Assembly (NCBI GenBank): GCA_963716175.1
Contig: OY970296.1
Span: 1,696,001-1,760,000, forward strand
DNA: 64,000 bases
Direction of reading: 5' to 3'
DNA from: an uncultured Armatimonadetes bacterium
GTDB taxonomy: Bacteria > Armatimonadota > Hebobacteria > Hebobacterales > Hebobacteraceae
In this document: positions 58,091 to 64,000 of the stretch, one piece after another
How positions within the stretch are numbered: the first letter of the stretch is position 1
Layout: each line of letters opens with the position of its first letter
Notes under the pieces: model-generated
Seen by the model: the letters and a program-made list of their open reading frames with translations, nothing else
Databases searched by the model: none
Told to the model about the DNA's origin: nothing
Translations under genes and position numbers: made by a program

Positions 58091-59868
58091 TCCGCACTCA
58101 CGCCTGCGGCGAGCTGCGCAAGGAGCATCTGGGTCAGACCGTGACTCTGGCGGGGTGGGTAGCCTCGACCCGCGACCACGGGGGGTTGATCTTCGTGGAC
58201 GTGCGGGACCGGGAGGGAGTGGCACAGGTGGTGTTCGATCCCGGGGCCGCGCCTGAGGCCCACACCACTGCGCGCAGGCTGCGCTCGGAATACGTGATCA
58301 AGGTGACTGGGGCGGTGGCGGCGCGGCCGGAGGGAGCGGTCAACCCCGATCTGCCGACAGGCGAGATCGAGGTGCGGGCGAGGGAGTTGGACATCCTGAA
58401 CCCGGCCAAGACGCCACCCTTCGTGATAGACGGGCCCACGCATGTGGATGAGGCGGTGCGGCTGCGCTACCGTTACCTCGACCTGCGCTCGCAGCGGATG
58501 CTGCGCAACCTGCGGGTGCGGCATGAGATGGCGCGGGCGACGCGGGAGTTTCTGGATGCGCGGGGTTTCATCGAGGTGGAGACGCCGCTGCTCATCCGCT
58601 CTACCCCGGAGGGGGCGCGGGATTACATCGTTCCCGCGCGCACCAGGCCCGGACATTTCTTCGCGCTGCCGCAATCGCCCCAACTGCTCAAACAGCTGCT
58701 GATGGTGAGCGGGATCGAGCGCTATTACCAGATGGCCCGCTGCCTGCGAGATGAGGACCTGCGCGCCGACCGCCAGCCGGAGTTCACGCAGATTGACGTC
58801 GAGATGTCGTTCGTGGATCAGGACGATGTGCTGGGGCTGAGCGAGGAGCTGACCCGTCATGTCTTCCGCGCGGCGGGAATCGAGATCCCGGGACCCTTCC
58901 GCCGCATGAGCTACCGGGAGGCGATGGAGAGCTACGGGTCGGACAGACCGGACATCCGCTTCGGGCTGGAGATGATTGGCCTGGAGGAGGCCTTCCGGGA
59001 GACCAAGTTCCGGGCGTTCGCAGAGGTGCTGGCGACGGGGGGCATGATCCGGGGCCTGCGGGTGCCGGAGGGCAGCTCCCTCTCCCGCCGTGAGCTGGAC
59101 GAGATGGAGGCCACCGCGCGCCAGGCCGGAGCGAAAGGCCTGGCCTGGTTCCAGGTGAGCGGGGAGGAGCTGAAGGGCCCCATCTCCAAGTTCGTGTCGG
59201 TGGAGGAGCAGCGCAGGCTGCGAGAGCTGAGCGGCGCCCAGCCGGGCGATCTGCTGCTGGTGGTGGCGGACAAGTTCCCCACCGCCTGCCTGGCGCTGGG
59301 GCGGGTCCGGCTGCAGTTGGGCCGGCAGCTGAACCTGGTGGACAGCTCGGTCTGGCGGGGGCTGCGGGTGGTGGACTTCCCGCTGTACGAATACGACGAG
59401 GTGGAGCAGGTGCTCAAGCCCATGCACCACCCCTTCAGCTCGCCCCGAAAAGAGGACATTTCGCAGCTCGAGCGGGACCCGCTACGGGTCCACGGGCAGG
59501 TCTACGATCTGGTGCTCAACGGAGTGGAGATCGCCTCCGGCAGCATCCGCATCCACCAGCGAGAGCTGCAGGAGAAGGTGATGGAGGTGATTCAGCTCTC
59601 GCCCGAGGAAGCGGGGAAGCGTTTCGGCTTCCTGCTGGAGGCCTTCCAGTATGGGGCGCCGCCGCACGGCGGGATCGCCTTCGGTTTCGATCGCATGGCG
59701 GCGATGGCGTGCGGGGAGGAGAGCATCCGCGACGTGATCGCCTTCCCCAAGAACGCAGCCGGCGTGGACACGATGATGGGGGCGCCCTCGGAGGTGGCCC
59801 CGGAGCAGCTGGAGGAGCTGGGCATCGCGCTGAAGCCTCCGCCAGCAGATGACGAGCCGGGTGGTTAG
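58087..59868 (+). CDS. aspS: Aspartate--tRNA ligase
   Basis: ATG overlaps the hisS stop; [48 protein letters not shown] and PPHGG motifs. Confidence 0.97.
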   Translation: MIRTHACGELRKEHLGQTVTLAGWVASTRDHGGLIFVDVRDREGVAQVVFDPGAAPEAHTTARRLRSEYVIKVTGAVAARPEGAVNPDLPTGEIEVRARELDILNPAKTPPFVIDGPTHVDEAVRLRYRYLDLRSQRMLRNLRVRHEMARATREFLDARGFIEVETPLLIRSTPEGARDYIVPARTRPGHFFALPQSPQLLKQLLMVSGIERYYQMARCLRDEDLRADRQPEFTQIDVEMSFVDQDDVLGLSEELTRHVFRAAGIEIPGPFRRMSYREAMESYGSDRPDIRFGLEMIGLEEAFRETKFRAFAEVLATGGMIRGLRVPEGSSLSRRELDEMEATARQAGAKGLAWFQVSGEELKGPISKFVSVEEQRRLRELSGAQPGDLLLVVADKFPTACLALGRVRLQLGRQLNLVDSSVWRGLRVVDFPLYEYDEVEQVLKPMHHPFSSPRKEDISQLERDPLRVHGQVYDLVLNGVEIASGSIRIHQRELQEKVMEVIQLSPEEAGKRFGFLLEAFQYGAPPHGGIAFGFDRMAAMACGEESIRDVIAFPKNAAGVDTMMGAPSEVAPEQLEELGIALKPPPADDEPGG

Positions 59869-59873
59869 CAACG

Positions 59874-60617
59874 ATGGTATCCCGGAGAGATGACAAAGCC
59901 TCCTCTCGCCGCAAGAAGGCGGCGCCGCCGGCCGGTGCCGCATCTGCGGAGCCGGAACGGTTGGCGGCGCGGATCAGGGTGAAGATGCGCCGACCGGAGC
60001 TGCTGCGGCAGGCGCTCACTCACAAGTCAGCCCAGCAGGAAGTGGGCCTGCCCTCGAACGAGCGGCTGGAGTTCCTGGGAGACGCGGTGCTGGGGGCGAC
60101 CATAGCCGCGCACCTCTATCTCTCTCATCCCGAGCTGGCCGAGGGGGAGCTGACCAAGCTGAAAGCGGTGGCGGTCTCCGAGAACGTGTTGGCGCAGGTA
60201 GCGCGGGAGCTGGACCTGGGTCGCTATCTGACCATGGCGCGGGGAGAGGAGCAGAGCGGGGGGCGGAGCCGCGCCTCCATTCTCGCAGACGCGCTGGAGG
60301 CGGTGTTCGGCGCCATCTACCTGGATCGGGGGATGGCGGTGGCGCGGCGGGTGATATTGAAGCTGCTGGAGGAGAGGCTGCAGGCCATCGAGCGCGCGGA
60401 GCACGAGCTGGACTACAAGACGCTGCTGCAGGAGAGGATCCAGGGGGTGCACCGGATGCCGCCTACCTATCGGGTGGTAAGCCAGTCGGGGCCGGATCAT
60501 GATCGCACCTTCGTGGCGGAGGTGCGGGCAGAGGGCGAGGTGCTGGGGCGGGGGGTGGGTAAGAGCAAGAAACAGGCGGAACAGGCGGCAGCGCGGGAGG
60601 CGCTGGCGGAGGAGTGA
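59874..60617 (+). CDS. rnc: Ribonuclease III
   Basis: ALTH.S, NERLEFLGDAVL, LADALEA..GAIYLD, DYKT.LQE and GKSKK.AEQ.AA motifs. Confidence 0.96.
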   Translation: MVSRRDDKASSRRKKAAPPAGAASAEPERLAARIRVKMRRPELLRQALTHKSAQQEVGLPSNERLEFLGDAVLGATIAAHLYLSHPELAEGELTKLKAVAVSENVLAQVARELDLGRYLTMARGEEQSGGRSRASILADALEAVFGAIYLDRGMAVARRVILKLLEERLQAIERAEHELDYKTLLQERIQGVHRMPPTYRVVSQSGPDHDRTFVAEVRAEGEVLGRGVGKSKKQAEQAAAREALAEE

Positions 60618-60685
60618 CCGAATGCGAAGTAATGAGATCCCCGGCGCGATTGCGCTCTGATATGGGACAAAAGGAGGCTGAGACG

Positions 60686-62049
60686 ATGTCGCAACAAGCT
60701 GCACGAGTCATTGCCTCAACCCTGAGGCGCGACTTGCTGCGCGGGCTGGCACCCGCGAAGCTAGCCTGGATGGTGCTCGCTGCCTGCGGGCTGGCCCTCT
60801 TCCTGGCGTCGTGCGGGGCGGCGGCTGCGGCCGGGCCCCAGGCGGTGCCTCCGGAGATCGCCAAGGTGGCCGAAGACTATGCCAACGCCCTGGCGGTGGC
60901 CAATGCGACGGAGGCCTGGAACCTGCTCTCCGCCCAATCCCAGGCCGCGACCTCGGCGCCGGAATGGCAGCAGGCGTTCTCGGTGCGCCCCGGTGGGCGC
61001 AAGCCGCCGGCTAACTCCGTGCTCCGCACCATCGCTGTCTCCGAGAACCCGCCCGAGGTGGGTGGAGTCATTGTGCGCGGGCAGGAGGCATTTGTGGCGG
61101 TAGCGGGCACAGTGCCGGTGATGCAGCAATTGGTGTTGGTGCGGGAGTCGGCGGGGTGGCGGGTTGACCTCGCCGCATCCGACCAGATCAACAGCCGCGA
61201 GGCCGCGACGACGTTCCTGGCCGCGGTCCGCGAGGAGGTGAAGGCCGGCCAGCGCAGCCAGGGTGTCCAGAACGTGAGCGTTCCGCTGCTGACCACCCTG
61301 ATGGGCGGCCAGGCCAACGACTACAAGGCCACCGAGGCCGAAGTCAAGGCAGACCGCGCTCAGGTCACGCTGGTGGCCCAGGTCCCGGTGAGCTTGGTGG
61401 TGCGAGCCGCGCGCTCGGGTCCCGGTTGGGCGGTGAACTTGGGCCAGCCCTTGCTTCCCATCGACATCACCTCCGCAGACCCCCTGAAGGAGGCGGCGGC
61501 GCTGGCTGACAGGATGACCTGCGAACAACAGCTCGCTCAACTAGCGAAGGCGATCCGGATGTACGCCAGCCTCTCGGGTGGTATGCTGCCGAACCCGGCG
61601 CACTGGCTGGATGAAGTGCGCGCGTACCTGCCAGCGGGCGCCAGCCTCCACTGTCCTGCTGACCCCACCTCAGGGGTGAGCTACGCCATGAACAAGAACC
61701 TGGCGGGCAAGAGCCTCAACGGAATCGCGGCCCCCGGGATGACGGTAATGCTCTATGAATCCACCCTCCACGGTAATAACCCCACCGACCGCGGTGAGAC
61801 CTGGCCCAGGCCCTCCTGGCATGCTGAGGGCAACCTGGTAGCCTACGTGGACGCCTCGGTGCGGCCAGTCAAGGTCAAGCCGTCGTTTGACGTAAGAGAG
61901 GGCGCGCCAGGTGCGGGGCCGCCCTCGGGCCGGGTCGTGCCACCACGCGGCAGGCCGGGGATGCAGCCAGGCGGAGGGCCGGGGCGCAGCCAGGCCCGGC
62001 TCGCGGGGGTCCCAGGGCGAGACCCGGGGCACGCCAGCAGGGACGGTAG
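60686..62049 (+). CDS. Exported protein: DUF4878/NTF2-like domains + DUF1559-like/H-X9-DG region; probable -1 frameshift near 61983
   Basis: RBS aaggagg; LASC lipobox-like segment; C..QL.QL.KA..MY, CP.D..SY.MN, WHAEGNLVAYVDASV; adding one G gives GAQPGPARGGPRARPGARQQGR* just before the terminator. Confidence 0.7.
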
Positions 62050-62078
62050 GGTAGGCTTCGGCGCTTGCAGGAAGAACA

Positions 62079-62109
62079 GAGGGACCCGCCCTGGCGGGTC
62101 CCTCGTTTT
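62079..62109. terminator. Bidirectional hairpin terminator
   Basis: gagggacccgcc-ct-ggcgggtccctc followed by gtttt. Confidence 0.75.
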
Positions 62110-62149
62110 CCGTCAGGCCGCGCGCGGCCTGCCCTGTGCTGGGGTGTCT

Positions 62150-64000
62150 TCAGAACTCCTGCCTGATGCCGATGGCGATGAAGCGAGGCGGGGTGCGAGA
62201 GAACGGAACGTACTGGACGGCACCATCACTGATCTGGCCCAGCACGGCACCGGTCCGGGGATGGAAGATCACGTAGCTGGTGACATCCTCCCGGTCGAAG
62301 AGGTTGAAGATCTGCACGTAGGCCTGGCGCCGGGGCCCGATCTGATAGGAGAGGTTCAGGCTGAGAGTCAGGTTCTTCCCGGTGTGGAGGGAATTGGGCG
62401 TGATGAACCCCTTGGCTGGATCGCTGGGGTCCAGGTAGTTGCGGGGCACCACCAACTCCTCCGGGCTGGTGGGGTCGTCGGGGTTGAAGTCGGGATTGGG
62501 CACGTGGGCGGGATCGCTCCCGCCGTCATCCAGGCCGCTCTGGCCATAGGGGAAGCCACTGCCCATCACCAACCACGGGTTCACCACCAGCTTGCCCGTC
62601 TGGTAGCGCAGGGCGAGCGCGAGGGTGCGCCGCTGGTTCCAGTCCACCGGGAACTCCTCCGCCAGACTGGCGGCATCGGTGCGGTTCAGGAAGCCGAAGC
62701 CATAGGGGTAGACATTGTCCTCGGGGCTGGTGGCCTTGGCATCCATCAGGGTATAGGAGAGCCAGCCGCGCAGCCGGTGAGACATGCGCCGGTCCAGCTT
62801 GAGTTCGAGGCCGCGGGTGGTTCCGGTGCCATTGGCGGCGAACCAGACCGGCGCGTCGGGGTCGAAGTCGGAGAGCCGGGCCGACGGGATGAGGTTGCCC
62901 TCGGCGTCCTCGACCACTCCCTGCCAGCGCTGCATCATCTGGCGGCTGTCGCGCCGGAACCAGGTAGTGGTGAGCAAGCTGCTCTCATCCAGCTTCCACT
63001 CGAAGCCCAGGTCTCGATCTCGGTCAACCTCGGGCTGCACCGGGAAGAAGGGGAAGAAGGCCATGTCCCAGGTGAGGCCCAGGTCAGCGAAATCCGGGAT
63101 CTCGCTGTTGTGGGGCAGGAATTGGGAAGCGATGAGATTGGCGCGGGGGAACCCCACGTAGCGGCCGGTGGAGGTGCGCACCAGCAACCTGGGGGAAAGC
63201 AGATAGGTGGCGCCGGCGCGCCCGCTGGTCTCGTGCAGATCCAGGCTGCCCGCGCCTGGGTTCGGGCGATGGTAGATCATCTTGTCCGCGCGCACCCCCA
63301 GGTTGAGGGTGAGGCGGCGGCCCAGCTCCCAGGTGTCCCCGAGGTAGGCCTGGGTGTTCTGGGTGTCGTTGTCGGAGACGGAGTCCAGCAGGCCGAAGGG
63401 GCTGAACTGGGTGCCGAAGACGCTGTAGCGGGAGCGGTTGGTGCTGCCAATCTGCCACACGCCGGCACTCAGGCGATGCCGGCCCAGCTGCTGCTGGAAA
63501 TCGAACTGGGCGGTGGTCATGCGCTCATTGCGGTGCTGCCAGAAGCCGTTGTCGGGATCGCCCAGCTCGAGCTGGAGGTAGTGCCTCAAGCGGGAGATGC
63601 GCAAGGTCCAGAAGGCGGCCGGGCTCAGCCGGTGCTTCAGGGTGAGGCCATCCAGGTCGTAGGCCTGCCGCGCGAAGTCTGATTCCTCGGGCGCCTCCAC
63701 CCACTCGCCGCGCGCCGGGTCGAAAGTCAGCTCGCGCTGGAAGGGGAAGAGGAAGTGACCGTAGCCGTGGGCCGAGAGCACGGTCACCTGGTCCCGGTCG
63801 CCCAGGTCGTAGCTAACTTTGGCGATATGATCCGAGACCGTGGGCGCGGCCGAGGTGAAGAGGTTCTCATTGTACTTGGTGTGCCAGGTGTAAAGGCCGT
63901 AGTACCACTCGGTGCGAGGCGCGGTGTCGCCGGCCTCATAGATCAGGCCGCCGTAATCATAGGGGGTGCCCATGCCCACATCCAGCAGGCGGCCCCGCAT
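62150..64000 (-). CDS. TonB-dependent receptor, C-terminal beta-barrel (partial; 5' end beyond window)
   Basis: Amphipathic strands, LNLGVR.D, GLEL, SYT, D.NQR, I.NLFD, PR....G...F C-terminal Phe. Confidence 0.88.
   Translation of the reverse strand: MRGRLLDVGMGTPYDYGGLIYEAGDTAPRTEWYYGLYTWHTKYNENLFTSAAPTVSDHIAKVSYDLGDRDQVTVLSAHGYGHFLFPFQRELTFDPARGEWVEAPEESDFARQAYDLDGLTLKHRLSPAAFWTLRISRLRHYLQLELGDPDNGFWQHRNERMTTAQFDFQQQLGRHRLSAGVWQIGSTNRSRYSVFGTQFSPFGLLDSVSDNDTQNTQAYLGDTWELGRRLTLNLGVRADKMIYHRPNPGAGSLDLHETSGRAGATYLLSPRLLVRTSTGRYVGFPRANLIASQFLPHNSEIPDFADLGLTWDMAFFPFFPVQPEVDRDRDLGFEWKLDESSLLTTTWFRRDSRQMMQRWQGVVEDAEGNLIPSARLSDFDPDAPVWFAANGTGTTRGLELKLDRRMSHRLRGWLSYTLMDAKATSPEDNVYPYGFGFLNRTDAASLAEEFPVDWNQRRTLALALRYQTGKLVVNPWLVMGSGFPYGQSGLDDGGSDPAHVPNPDFNPDDPTSPEELVVPRNYLDPSDPAKGFITPNSLHTGKNLTLSLNLSYQIGPRRQAYVQIFNLFDREDVTSYVIFHPRTGAVLGQISDGAVQYVPFSRTPPRFIAIGIRQEF

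Overview
GC-rich bacterial chromosomal segment. TonB receptor + GerMN/AMIN amidase + SigH + an H-X9-DG protein suggest an Armatimonadota-like diderm (inference). Housekeeping/metabolic flanks: 1-13 kb (PmbA/TldE, amidase, sugar-acid catabolism, nagA, tRNA-Thr(GGT), tRNA-Tyr) and 41.8-64 kb (nucleotide-sugar and glycosyltransferase genes, sigH, cysE-cysS, hisS-aspS-rnc, TonB receptor). Between them lies a ~28 kb accessory region anchored on tRNA-Thr(TGT). That tRNA is hit on both sides. On its 3' side is a 485-bp integrase-less module bounded by a 21-bp duplication of the tRNA 3' end, carrying a GIY-YIG nuclease and four REP-like palindromes. On its 5' side is a 1.73-kb integrase-only element that duplicates the tRNA 5' half and has 12-bp arm-like repeats. 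Further in are a truncated paralogous integrase and five full or partial copies of an unrecognised ~235-bp non-coding repeat that separate unrelated cargo genes, in a cassette-array-like layout. There is also a three-level nested insertion: IS256 inside a proteasome-beta-like gene, inside a 5.2-kb IS1595 transporter element that also carries a Schlafen/AlbA_2-ATPase gene, inside a PD-(D/E)XK-like gene. Three single-base indels in otherwise intact genes may be assembly errors. No CRISPR array or rRNA was seen.
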